64,000 nt of DNA from assembly GCF_001194135.2 (NCBI RefSeq), contig NC_068989.1, positions 13,491,785-13,555,784 on the forward strand, in the 5' to 3' direction. Shown here piece after piece: positions 38,224 through 50,570 of the stretch. Within the stretch, counting starts at the first letter, position 1, and each line of letters opens with the position of its first letter. Both the position numbers and the translations under genes were made by a program. The notes below the pieces were generated by a model that made no database searches, had not been told where the DNA came from, and worked only from the letters and a program-made list of their open reading frames with translations. This DNA is from Octopus bimaculoides (Eukaryota).

Positions 38224-40750
38224 GCACGCATGCATGCACACTACTCACACACATACATGTATGTGTATGAGAACAGATTTAACAATCTTTATCTGATTAC
38301 TTCATCAGCGATCCTAATTAAACAAAATGCTACCGAAGCCTGGTCAACGGAAAGAGACTTCATTTCCAACTCAGCCGTACCTCCAAACGACAAACAAACA
38401 GAGACATGAATGCAGTTTAATCTACAGACGCCAACAAGTGTAAGCTTTCACTTGCAGGAAAATTCATATCGTATTTCCTTTTGCCATTCGCTTTTTGTTA
38501 ATATTTTATTTCGTTGTGATTTTATTAATGTACTTTTCTTTTTAATTTGTCGCTCATTAATTATGCAGGCGATAGCAACAATAGCAAACAATATATATGT
38601 ACTAGTCCCAAATGCTCAAATAACTGGGGACAGAACAGGTGAAATACACAAGGAAACAGCAAACAAGTGGGAGTAGTTTTAAATTATGAGACATCTACAA
38701 ATAGTACGAAATTTGTATTGAATACAAGAGTAAGATCAACAATAAAAATTAAAATATTATCAAATAGATAATCTTTTCTACTATGGGCACAAGACCTTAA
38801 ATTTTTTGGGGAATATCGATCACATTGTCCCCATTGCTCGACTGGTACTTTTTTCATTGATCCAGAAGAGATAAAAGGAAAAGTCGAGTTGGGCGGAATT
38901 TGAACTCAGAGCGAAGTGACAGACGACATGCTGCTTAGCACTTCAGCCGGTGTGCTAACGATTCAGCCAGAATGCATAGAATTAATAATACAGCGCAGGG
39001 AATATCTATTCTGGAAGTCTTGCAAAAGAAATTTAATTAATCTGTCCTTTCTCAGCGCCCAGAATTGCTACCAGGTCATCCTCACCCATATCTCTTTCTC
39101 GTTTTCATTAGGATGCGTGAGTTGGGTTTTTCACTGCTGCATGATCCAGCTAGCAGAAAGCAATAAGCACCCAGTAACATTCCAGGGTCTAAAGACCCCA
39201 AAATACAGGAATACAAATCAGTTGGCCAACTGCTCGAAAGTGCATTTCACAAACGGCGACACACCTGTTTCCAGTATCCATCATCATCATCGTCGTCATC
39301 GATGTTATCACCAAGAAAACTTTGTAGTTATGTCAGTTTGGATGCATGCCGACGCGTGATTAGTCAGGGATTCAGAGACCAACTTCTCGTAGACTTCAGT
39401 GGCAATTAGATCTTCTCGACAGGAGAACTGTTCTTTACTGCAAGAAATTTTTTTTTTTATTCTCCAAACTTCTCAAGCGTTTCCTACGACATAGCTCGTA
39501 TGTTATAAAGTAAAAAACATCAACGAAGCGATATTATTAACCACTTCTGTCCAATCTTCCAAATATTGTTTCCTTTCAATTCGTTTCTGAACAAGAATTA
39601 CCACCTTACCTACAATTTCTTTCTACCTGTTATTCCTGTAACATCTGGTCAAAACCAAATTCGAAGTACCTAAATCTGACCATTGGCCGAGTGACAGAAC
39701 GTGCCGTCAGGTATTAACTTAAATTAACAGGAGCCGAGTTGCAAGCGCCCGTAAATTCAAGATTTTAAAGGGATACAGGAGGGCATGCGTCATATGAGTT
39801 TCACAAGATATTTGCTCTCGAGTTAATGTCAAATAACTCCAAGTGAGAATCGAAGTCACATCAGGAACTTTCTTATATCTTGACGGTACCGGAAATAAAA
39901 CAAAACAAACTTCATCGTTGAAAATATTTTGTTCCTTTTTCGAAATACACAGAATCATAGACGAACATATATAACAAGCGACCAAGCGCATACATATACA
40001 GATAAAATTATAATACACAGAGACATACACAGAAAAAAGCGACAGATGAACGTTCTGCTAATCGGTCGTATGCGTAGGCGCATTCGGACTGACAATCAAC
40101 TACTTATTGGTCATATGAACAAACGCAAAAAATTACAGCGTAACGATAAAAATCATAAATCAACGAATACAAATATCAAACTTATGTAATTAATTGAACA
40201 TATAATTGAAAAGAATTATCATTAATATGTATGTCTATCTAGATAATATGTGATGTAAATCATTGTTGCATACCTAGTGTTGACGCAATTTAAAACTGGC
40301 GTGTTTTAGATGTCTCATAAATATACTATGCACCATTTAATTTAGTCATTTATATATTTTCCCTGCTGAGTTATTTCCACCTACTAACACCTCTGCCTAT
40401 GTCAGCGACCGCTGTGACAGTCAATCCGAACGTTTGCGGTGCCACAAGCAGTAATTATATATATTTATCGCTTCCTTTATTCCCTAAGAATCATATTTCT
40501 AGCGCCATGCAAGGTAGATCTTTAGTGAAAATTGGCCGAATTGATAAGCTGTTGATTGGGCTATTAGGTGATCTACGCCATCACGCCATCAGAGTGATGT
40601 CAACCTTTATAGCGATTAAACTAAAGTGCAACTGGTCACCGTAGGTAGCTTTAATACATGGATTTTGGCAATAGCACCAATTAACCGCTTCACATGTCTG
40701 TAGTGCTAAATATAAATGCATTCTTACTTCTCAATATACTTACGTTTATA

Positions 40751-40965
40751 AGGCAGCGAGTTGACAGAATCGTTAAGCACGCCGAGTAAAATGCTTATCC
40801 GCATTTCGTTCGTGTTCATGATCAGAGTTCAAATTCCACCGAGATCGACTTTGCCTTTCATCCTTTAGGGGTCGATAAAAATAAGTGTCAATTAAGCACT
40901 GGGGTCGACGTAATCGACTTACGCCAGTCCCCAAATTGCTGGCTTTGTGCCATAGTCTGAAATCA
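40751..40965 (+). mobile_element. SINE family E
   Basis: It reads AAGGCAGCGAGTTGACAGAATCGTTAAGCAC...GAGTTCAAATTCCACCGAGATCGACTTTGCCTTTCATCC. Further degenerate minus-strand copies lie at ~17800-17960, ~38772-38972 and ~43703-43883. Confidence 0.85.
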
Positions 40966-40985
40966 ATATACGTAGGTCTTTATAT

Positions 40986-41095
40986 GGAAGCGTGTATTCT
41001 AGTGGTTATAGTATTGCATTCATGATCATAAGATAGTAAGTTCGATTCCTGGACCGGGCGATGTGTTGTGTTATTGAGCAAAACATTTCATTTCA
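40986..41095 (+). mobile_element. SINE family D 5' part, interrupted by family C copy 2
   Basis: It aligns with 36554-36658, and the continuation TGTTGCTC appears after 41519. Confidence 0.7.
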
Positions 41096-41143
41096 TACAT
41101 TATTTACATTTGACGGATATTTATCCTCATCTTGTTTGTTGTT

Positions 41144-41189
41144 AACACAACGTTCCGGCTGATATACCCTCCAACCTTCATCTGGTGTC
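41144..41189 (-). ncRNA. Hammerhead motif with mutated core, probably inactive
   Basis: It reads GACAC CAGAUGA A GGUUG GAGGGUAUAU CAGCC GGAA CG UU GUGUU. The stems are intact, but the core has CAGAUGA and GGAA instead of CUGAUGA and GAAA. Confidence 0.65.
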
Positions 41190-41260
41190 TTGGGGAAATT
41201 TCTCATTCCCAAGGTATTTTTTCGATGCTGTTATTATTATTAATATTATTATTATTATTA

Positions 41261-41298
<38 letters not shown>

Positions 41299-41373
41299 AT
41301 CACTGCCTGGATTCGAACTTGGAAACTTTGGGGTAGTAGCCCGCACTCTTAACCACGACGCCATATGCCCCAA

Positions 41374-41419
41374 GACACCTGATGAAGGCTGGAGGATATA
41401 TCAGCCGAGACGTTGTGTT
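41374..41419 (+). ncRNA. Hammerhead motif with a single core mutation
   Basis: It reads GACAC CUGAUGA A GGCUG GAGGAUAUAU CAGCC GAGA CG UU GUGUU. Stem II GGCUG/CAGCC is perfect, but GAAA has changed to GAGA. Confidence 0.65.
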
Positions 41420-41814
41420 AACAATAAACAAGATGAGGACAAATATCCGTCAAATGTAAATAATATAAATAATGTACAAAATTCCTCATCTCTTAAATAT
41501 AGAACTGTAATTCATTTAATGTTGCTCATTTTACTAAATTTTATAGATCAAGAAACAAAGGCAGCCAAAGAAAATAATGAATTATTGTAGGTCACAGTAT
41601 TAAGGAATATAGGTGGGCCGGACGAAATGGCACCTGAAACCATCGTTTTCAGTACCCTGAAATAAAAGAGCCTTTCAAAATCCAGTAAAGTGTCATATTA
41701 TTTACAACAGGTGTGAACCATTTGATTACAGATCGCTTAAGTTGTACACACTATTTACTCTAATGTTCTTATGACATTTTGTAATCGGAAGGTTCCTCTG
41801 TGACATTAGTCTTT

Positions 41815-41985
41815 AGTTTGGGGTATTGCATTCATGATCATAAGATTGTAGTTTCGATTCCTGGACAGGGCATTGTGTCGTGTAATTGAGCAAAACGTTT
41901 TAGTTTACGTTGCTTCAGTCCACTCAACTGACAAAAACGAGTGATCCTGCCGCGGACTGGCGTCCCATCCAAGAAGGAACATGTA
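41815..41985 (+). mobile_element. SINE family D, degenerate partial copy
   Basis: TGCATTCATGATCATAAGATTGTAGTTTCGATTCCTGGAC...CAGTCCACTCAAC...GCGGACTGGCGTCCCATCC aligns with 36570-36725. Confidence 0.75.
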
Positions 41986-42404
41986 CGTCACAGAATATAT
42001 ACACAGAATATATACACAGAATATTGTCCAAACTAACGGAGTAACCGTTTGCTTTATGCTTATGGGTGTATATGAAGGTGGATATGCGTAGATTCCTCTG
42101 TGCGCATAAATTCTGTCAAAGACAAGGAAGAAATACAAGTATTCTCTTCTGCCTACCAAAGAAAGCAGAAAATAGTATTTCTACTAGAAGCAGCTAGCGT
42201 ATTCAAATACTGTTGTGTGCCAAGCAGTATATGTGTTAATATCAATGTCCACCATTTTGTCTCATATCATAATCACAGTCGTCTGTAAAATCCACAAAGG
42301 ATTTAACGATTTACATTTTAATAACATCAGTGTCACTCGCTGCGTTTCTGCTAAATAAATATGCATGAGTAAATGAGAGAACCAAAGAGAAAAAAAACTC
42401 TAAC

Positions 42405-42881
42405 AGATTTCAAAATATTTAAAGTTTATTCTTTATAACAGAAAAGAGCAAAAAAAAAACAGATATTCTTAAATGCAGATAGAGGTCAACTCTGAGGACA
42501 AAATCAGTAAATGGAAATCTCCGTGGTAATTGGTGTCGCTAAAATGTCAATCTACTAGATGCCAATTAGCTGACTGCAACACCCTCTCTAGCTACCACGT
42601 GAAGCATACAATGGAAAGAACTGTTATCTCTGCTTAGCTGAAGTACCCAAGCGACCTTATCTGATAAATGGACGCCTAAAATATTCCCACCCAGAAACAA
42701 TTTTAAAATATCTTTAAAATTCTCTCCACGCTGAACAATAAACCTAATGCAAACGTATATAATGGCTATCCAATTGTGTTCGAAGAAATCAATCGCTTGT
42801 TAATATAAGCCTTCAACTTCCTGGACAGTTACAAGTAGATTCCAATTGGTCAGATCTGCACATATCGCCGCCTGTCTGTCG
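42405..42881 (-). other. Candidate terminal exon with 3' UTR and poly(A) signal
   Basis: It has a strong acceptor TTTTTTATTATATATTTTCTTTCAG and a stop in every frame within about 90 nt. AATAAA lies at 42425-42430 (minus), followed by a U-rich tract at ~42371-42400. Confidence 0.45.
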
Positions 42882-43168
42882 CTGAAAGAAAATATATAAT
42901 AAAAAAGAAGGAAAGTTAGCAACGCCCATGCAAACTTTAACCCCATTCAAGCTTACGGAACACACCATAAACCCTTTCCAAACTACAGCCATGATCCAGA
43001 GTCAAGTCTTGGCAATATATTTGGTATTAGTGAAGAGTTAAGTCTCGGAGGTCTAGGAGTATCATGTTCCACTAACTGGCCAAGATTGTTTCCTGTACAA
43101 CGGATTTTACATTCATATATATCATGCTCTAGCGAAAACTAACAAGTCCCTCTCTTCAGCAAACTTAC

Positions 43169-43202
43169 AGTGTGCTGTGCAGTGAACTCGAAATTTCGAA
43201 GC
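43169..43202 (-). CDS. Candidate 34-nt exon
   Basis: The acceptor is CTTCTATTTCATATCTTTGCAAAG and the donor is a consensus GTAAGT. All three frames are open. Confidence 0.35.
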
Positions 43203-44178
43203 CTTTGCAAAGATATGAAATAGAAGCTGCTTATTTTGATCGGTTTTGGACATACCCTTATGGATAAGAATAACAGGTTGATAAATCTAAGCAGAGGACA
43301 CAGCACTATATTAAACAGTATGAAGACACGTAATTATACCCCACCTATAAATATTTGACATTATTATCCGTGGTTATATTAAACGACTTCTATTATATTT
43401 GGATATGTGAAGAGGCACACTTACGTACATATATATAAGTATATATACAGAGAGAGTGGGAGAGAGAAATGGAGACAGACAGACAAAGATGACATAGTCC
43501 AGTGAGCCTTTACGTAGTTGCCCAACATGCAGCAATGGAAAACAAATCTTCAGATCACTCCAGCATTTGTCTCAGAAAAGTGTTGGAGACACGTTACGAT
43601 GTAATTCTGCATGCTCTCAAAAATATAGGGGATTATCTTGGCTAGATGAATGGGGATAATATAGAACATCCATTGTTACTTTCAAGTAAAAAAATGTAAT
43701 AATTGCTTCAAATTTAGGCACAAGGCCAATGATATTTTAAAGAGGAGGACATATCATTTATATCGACCCCCAATACTCATCTTTTACTTATTTTATAGAC
43801 TTTCAGAGGATTAAGTGTATAGTCGACCTCGGCTGCATTTGAACTCAGGATGTAAAACCGGTAAAAGAATGTCGCTAAGCAGTTTTACAGAATGCTTTAT
43901 CGTAGTATCTCGATAATTGTAGCTGCTACAGAAAAGCTGGGCAACCCACTTGTCCAATTAATTTTCAGCAAATTTCGAGAATTAATTAATATCTCATAGA
44001 AATCATTTCATAACATCGGTCGACGTCGGTCATATATTCTATAGAATGGCATTTCATGTGTCCCGTGATAATGATATCATTGTCCTCGTAGATTTATTAA
44101 ACCATCCAATGACTTTTAGGAAATAAACAGAGTTAACATATCATTACTCATGAACAACCAGTACCTGCTTTCTAACAG

Positions 44179-44244
44179 TTGAACACTTGTGTTGCTTCAG
44201 CAGAGGGGTCTCTTAGAAACTGGAAACATCAATTTCTGCTCTAT
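44179..44244 (+). CDS. Candidate 66-nt symmetric exon (LNTCVASAEGSLRNWKHQFLLY)
   Basis: The acceptor is TGCTTTCTAACAG and the donor is TAT/GTGAGT. Only phase 0 is open, and the length is divisible by 3. Confidence 0.3.
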
Positions 44245-44356
44245 GTGAGTGATTTCGTTAACACGTAATAAGTAAATGAATAAATAAATAAAGTATTCTT
44301 TGAATCACGTCCCAGATCGTATAGCAAGGCTACGTAAGATAACTGATATTTCTCAC

Positions 44357-44556
44357 ATGAGTCTGAATAACTGTGCCGCTTCCTGTTGATCATCTCCAAG
44401 CTCGATTCCGCATCGAGTTACGGAGACTTCTTGCATCGCTTCATCTCTAGGATCGAATGTTTCCTGCCAAACGTCTTCATTACAACATGCATTCATGGTG
44501 TGGTGTCCCATACGCTTTCTATTCTTATATATGCAGTTTGCGTATATCCACACATG
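44357..44556 (-). CDS. Candidate internal exon (HVWIYANC...QEAAQLFRL)
   Basis: It has 200 nt open in one frame with raised GC. The donor is CAT/GTGAGA; the acceptor TAACAG is weak. Confidence 0.3.
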
Positions 44557-45598
44557 CTGTTACATTTAGCCTTGAATATTATATCCTGCATACATACATA
44601 CGTCTATCAAGCATTGTCTAATCACTGGTAGTTAGTGCACGACTGTTTTAGCTCCAGCTTTCACGGATATATATGAACAGAATTACTTTTAAGAGAAAAA
44701 TAGAATATGTTTTATACAACAGTAAACGAGGATGCATTCTAAATTATTCTGAAGTTATTCAATAATACATCACGTTTCGCAAACCATTATATTAAGAATC
44801 TATTGACAACAAACATACATTTACCATTTCAGTTTAGACATTACCATAAAACGAGAGATCTTCACTTTCTAGTTTAACACACTACATTGTTGCTAGCGAT
44901 ATATTTTGGAATGGTCGTACTTCCCTATAATTAAACAAATGCGTTGATTGTAATTACATTGTTTTATTATTTCGTTGTCGGTTATGAAAGGTTGATAGTG
45001 TGATTGGAACATTTAAACAGCGAAACAAATGTCCCACAGCATTTAATGATCTACATTTATGTTCTGTGTTCAATTCCCACCCGGAGCAATGTTGTCTTTC
45101 ATTGATCTGATGTTGTTAAAATAAACATCAGCAAGGTACGAGTTTGATTCAACTGCTTATATTTCTTTATTACAAACTTGTGGCAGAAACTCAAGGCTAG
45201 ATTTATCTACCATATATTTATTGCTCTGTTCTCTGCCGATCTTGCGTTTTCAAATGGCCAGGCTTTATACGCAGGGTTTATTCATTGATTAATTCACTCG
45301 AGATTTGTTCGATTAATTTCTAGTTTCAATGCAGTTGCCTTCGACGTGATGTCAGCAATAAAAGAAATGAAATTTGCGTAAACCAAAGGGAAACATTAGG
45401 AAGTGACAAGTGATGAAGTAATATCATCTTTTAACTGTTTTTATAGACAGCGTGATTCCGCGTCTGACTACACTAGGCAGATCAGTGATTAAATTCATGT
45501 CTGCCCCATAATTTTTGAATACTGGGGACGATATTCTCAAATGTATTTCACGCTACAACGCAGGACTATCATATTTCTTACAAAAATAAAATAAATAT

Positions 45599-46012
45599 AG
45601 GCGTAGGGGTGGCTGTGTGGTAAGTAGCTTGCTTACCAACCACATGGTTCCGGGTTCAGTCTCACTGCGTGGCACCTTGGACAAGTGTCTTCTACTATAG
45701 CCTCAGGCTGACCAAAGCCTTGTGAGTGGATTTGGTAGACGGAAACTGAAAGAAGCCCGTCATATATATGTATATATGTATGTATGTGTATATGTTTGTG
45801 TGTCTGTATTTGTTCCCCCCCCCCAACGTCGCTTGACAACCGATGCTGGTGTGTTTACGTCCCCGTAACTTAGCGGTTCGGCAAAAAGAGAACGATAGAA
45901 TAAGTACTAGGCTTCCAAAGAATAAGTCCTGGGGTCGATTTGCTCGACTAAAGGCGGTGCTCCAGCATGGCCGCAGTCAAATGACTGAAACAAGTAAAAG
46001 AGTAAAAGAGTA
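45599..46012 (+). mobile_element. SINE family B, full length
   Basis: The head GGCGTAGGGGTGGCTGTGTGGTAAGTAGCTTGCTTACCAACCACATGGTTCCGGGTTCAG is followed by an internal (TA)/(TG) tract and an (AGTAAAAG) tail. At least four other copies occur in the window. Confidence 0.9.
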
Positions 46013-46125
46013 ATGGTGATAATACATATATACGTTCTTGAGAAGCGTTCTACTCTAAATCTCATTTAACAAGTAATATTCAAAACACCACAAATTTTGC
46101 GTATTAGAGACTATATTGTCAAATG

Positions 46126-46310
46126 CAGTGCTCCACAATCTTTTCCACTTGCAGTATACGTACATTCTTTTCAAAATTCGGAGGCATATTTGAACTAAAA
46201 ATATAACTAAAAGTAAAGGGGAAAAAATTATACTCAGGTTACACTGTGGCACACTTAGCATCGTCTTGTGGCACACCAGTACGCCGCGGCATACCGCCTG
46301 CGGAACACTG
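46126..46310. mobile_element. Degenerate hAT-like MITE
   Basis: The ends read CAGTGCTCCACAA and (reverse complement) CAGTGTTCCGCAG, with subterminal GCCGCGGC and GTGGCACAC motifs. The 8-bp flanks GTCAAATG and ATCTAATG match at 6 of 8 positions. Confidence 0.5.
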
Positions 46311-46759
46311 ATCTAATGTAATCTATACTACCTAACAGCAAAACCATACATATTTCTGAGAGAAAACAAACGGTCGGTGGTCGTTCTACACTAAACCGCA
46401 TTTACAATACAATATTCAGAACACCGAACTATATTAGTCAACATACATCACACTATATTGCACTATACAACACTATCTAATATCATATTTAAATTAGCCT
46501 GCTGTGGCTTTCGGCGACTGAACACTACTAAAGATATTGGGTGATTAAGGTGGAGTTTAGATGCGATGAATAATGAAAAACAAGACGTGTCAAAGGGTAG
46601 ATGAATCCATAAGAGTCAACGGATATCAAATTATATGATTGGGGTAAGAAACCCTCAAAAGAGATGAATAACAAAATGATTCCTCTTGCTAGGATTTTTT
46701 AGACTTGGATATCGGAAACTTCAGCACTTAAACCGCCTTAAGATTTCATCGAGTTGTAA

Positions 46760-46836
46760 CTATCAGTCACTTTTGCCGAACTGCTAAGTTACGGGAGCGT
46801 AAACACACCAGGATAGGTTGTCAAGCGATGTTGCGG

Positions 46837-46895
<59 letters not shown>

Positions 46896-47462
46896 TATAN
46901 NNNNNNNNNNNNNNNNNNNNNNNNNNNNNNNNNNNNNNNNNNNNNNNNNNNNNNNNNNNNNNNNNNNNNNNNNNNNNNNNNNNNNNNNNNNNNNNNNNNN
47001 NNNNNNNNNNNNNNNNNNNNNNNNNNNNNNNNNNNNNNNNNNNNNNNNNNNNNNNNNNNNNNNNNNNNNNNNNNNNNNNNNNNNNNNNNNNNNNNNNNNN
47101 NNNNNNNNNNNNNNNNNNNNNNNNNNNNNNNNNNNNNNNNNNNNNNNNNNNNNNNNNNNNNNNNNNNNNNNNNNNNNNNNNNNNNNNNNNNNNNNNNNNN
47201 NNNNNNNNNNNNNNNNNNNNNNNNNNNNNNNNNNNNNNNNNNNNNNNNNNNNNNNNNNNNNNNNNNNNNNNNNNNNNATATATATATACGACGGGCTTCT
47301 TTCAGTTTCCGCCTACCAAATCCAATCACACAATCACAAAGCTTTGGTTGGCCCGAAACTATAGTAGAAGACACTTGCCCAAGGTGCCACGCAGTGGGAC
47401 TGAACCCGTAACCATGTGGTTGGTAAGTAAGCTACTTACCACACAGCCACTTCTGCGCCTAT
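46760..47462 (-). mobile_element. SINE family B, 3'-truncated, internal microsatellite spanning a gap
   Basis: Positions 47280-47462 are the reverse complement of the B head. Positions 46760-46850 are the reverse complement of the post-microsatellite segment. Confidence 0.88.
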
Positions 47463-48499
47463 AAGCGCTTATCAATTTATTTTTTTGTGTTGTCCTTTTC
47501 TTTTTATTTTCTTTCACATTTTTTTCTTGAAAAATGTTGTCTTTTAGTATCTGTTTTTCTTTGATTAGTTGTCTCCTCTTTCGTTTTTTTATAATCTTTT
47601 TCTAATTCCTTTTACCGACTGATTAGTTTCTTCGAGTGTTTTCTTCTTTGATTTTTTTTTTGTGTTTTTTTTTTGCTATGAATTTTTTTTTTATGGTCAT
47701 TGAATTAATTAATGATAAATGATGTTATTTGTGTCTTATTTATAATTTATGCTAGGATTCCTGTCTTTTTTTTTTCAATTTCTGATGTTTCAATTTTTTT
47801 TTTCTGCTGGTCTTTTATGTTTTTTTTTTCGCTACGTTGACATTATTTTTTCTCATCTAATACCCACCATAATTAATCATTATTATAATCATTTTATTAA
47901 TTAATTATTTCTTTTAACACTCAAAAACACTCACATATATGTATGCATGTACGTATGTATGTTTGTACGTACGTATGTATGTATGTATGCACGTATGTAT
48001 GTATGTATGTAGGTAGGTAGGTAGGTAGGTAGGTAGGCAGGTAGGTAGGTAGGTGGTTTGTTGCTATTCCGAGTATCTTGATTTCTCCCTTATCATGCAA
48101 CTGAGATCTGAATTTCAAAGCACAGTATAAATGACAAGTATTCTGAGCATCGTCGATGCTGGTGAAAGTTTGAAGTCGGCAGCCATTTTAAAAATAACTT
48201 TAAGAAATGTTATTATAATGAAAAAAAATAATAATAACCGTGTGTCGAAAGTAACAAAAAGATGGATGAAAACTCAAAATATCAAGAGAAAAACAGGAAA
48301 TTAGGAAAATCAATATTAACACAAAAAACGTACAAAAAAAAAGGAAAATGGCTGTATGATAAACTATACAATCTCAGGTGCATGCATGTACATTCATTTA
48401 CAATGCACACAGAGCTAGGAGCTTATAAATGTTTCACTGTGAACAGCCCTTCCCCTCGAATATCTATATCTATCTATCTATCTATATATATATATATAT

Positions 48500-48554
<55 letters not shown>

Positions 48555-48780
48555 CAAATAATATGTGAGTATATGCATATATACGTACATGTATGTATAT
48601 ACCTACATCTACATGTATATATAGATGCATATCTGGGTACAGGACGTCACAAAACAGAACATAAAGAGAGCACAGAAAACACACAGACCACATAGAGAAC
48701 ATTTCCTTCATCAGCTGCCACCATACTAAACTAAGCGTTTCGAGAGAGAGAGATACATACAAGCATACAAACACTCACAC

Positions 48781-48839
<59 letters not shown>

Positions 48840-50570
48840 CAGGTTTCAAATTTTGGCACAAGGTCACCAGTTTTGTGAAAAGGATTAAATCAATTACATC
48901 AATCCCAATTATAACAGGAATTTACGATGATTAGTTCAAGTTAAGCATATGAGACATTAACTATTAATCTAAGTTACTGAAACACTGATGGCATTTCGTG
49001 AACTTAGGATGGTGATTAAATAAACAACTGGCTGCGACAAAGCATATTATCAGTGGTCTTTATCCCCATATTAGACCCACATTGAGTAAACCAATGCGCA
49101 ATGACATTCCAACCATGACTATTTCATCTCTTTTTTATACATAGAAACTACATAGTTCAATTCAACCCACATTTTAATTGATGGTGCACGTGCGATTGAA
49201 ATTTGATCAATATTTTGTATCAAGTCAGAGGAACACATAAAGGGTTTTCTCTACATTCTTCTCTGATTTGATAGAAATAAAAAGATATGTTTTGCAGAGT
49301 TACATATGAAGGCGACTGCATTGACACCGTTATATTATTGATACTTTAATTTATAATTCCCAGTAGAATATAAAATGTTTTAAAATTCTCTATTGATAAC
49401 TGAGAATGATGAAGGATGCAACTGAATTATTGAAATGCATTTCATTTGGTGCTTAGCTATTAATGCACAACTGGTCGTCTTTTGAAAATTGAATCATTCA
49501 TTAATATTCTTAAACTGCTTCTAATTAGTTGCCGAAGGCTGAATACTTCAGAGGTTATACTTTCACATATCAATACTATAGAGTCTCTATATCAATGATT
49601 TAATATAGCTGCTCCAAATATATGATTAAATATTAATACAGGAATGCTCAAACATAAATCACCAATATACCGGCAATAAATGAAGGATTCAATACCCTAG
49701 TGTGGATCACTATCAATAATTTCAGTTCTTCTGCCGACCAATGTCAACGATTTATTATTTTATGGACTCAGTATTCAATACTTACGTGTTTCAATTATTA
49801 TTTTCTTTTAGCTCAAATAGTTGAGTATTTTCACAGCTCAATATCAATGAATTAAAACATATGAAAGCTAAAATTCGGAACCTCAGCGTATCAGTAATAC
49901 AACGGCTCTTACAAAATGCTAATTTCAGTATCATTGACGTCATATGTTTTAGCTGGCCTATAAAAATGAAACCATAATTTATATTCAGTAATAAGCCTCT
50001 TACGGTCCACGAAACTTTCTATGTGGCATAGCTAATGAAATATTACTTTTTTTGTGCAGCCATGTCTTATATGGGTCGCTTATCGATAAAGGCTGCTCTT
50101 TCCTGACTTAGACTCACCATGTCCTCCGATTCAGTACTTTAGCTTTGCAAATTTATGTTTAACTAATGAAACACTGACCATTGATTTTTGCTTCAGGTCT
50201 TTCTGTAATTCATTTGTGAGTTTCTAAGGACCAATAATTTATATCATATCATCTGCAATGTGCGAAGTGAAAAGTAACCACAGCATAATTCTCAAGGATT
50301 AAACGGCTAAATGTAAGTAAAAGTATTAATAAATCAAACTATATACATACATACGTACATACATACATACATACATACATACATACATACATACATACAT
50401 ACATGCATACGTACATACATGCATATCATCGATGGGTGAGCGTTTGGCCAATCAGATTCACAAGGAGCCATGAAATCGTCGATTTGTGAGTTCGATTCTG
50501 TCTGAGGTTAGCTCATCATTTTACAGTCATTTGTTTATATTTAAATTATGATATATATTATATACAGTTA

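Larger units (their letters stand above)
41096..41510 (-). mobile_element. SINE family C, copy 2, with inverted tail copy, inserted into a family D SINE
   Basis: The minus-strand element 41096-41370 has head GGGCATATGGCGTCGTGG...AGTTCGAATCC, internal (AAT)n and the tail. It is followed by a plus-strand tail copy at 41368-41510 ending AGAACTGTA. The flanks are TTCATTTCA (41087-41095) and TTCATTTAA (41511-41519), and the family D sequence resumes as TGTTGCTC. Confidence 0.9.

Noticed and set aside
38916-39359. 147-aa ORF ending in a His-rich stretch, and a possible 5-nt exon (TTTTCATTAG GATGC GTGAGT)
   Set aside because: The ORF starts inside a SINE, has no recognisable domain and lacks consistent exon boundaries. 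The 5-nt exon has no independent support.
42450-42850. Faint reverse-transcriptase-like words on the minus strand
   Set aside because: The matches are too weak and are better explained as 3' UTR of the candidate terminal exon.
42813-42860. C-x8-C-N (CRSDQLESTCN) resembling an insulin A-chain end
   Set aside because: The required upstream CC pair is absent and the reading frame is uncertain.
49786-49957. Minus-strand exon-like segment with a good acceptor, GTAAGT donor and a signal-peptide-like ORF
   Set aside because: All three frames contain stops, the best one just before the donor. Stop recoding by editing would be pure speculation. At most it is a UTR or non-coding exon.
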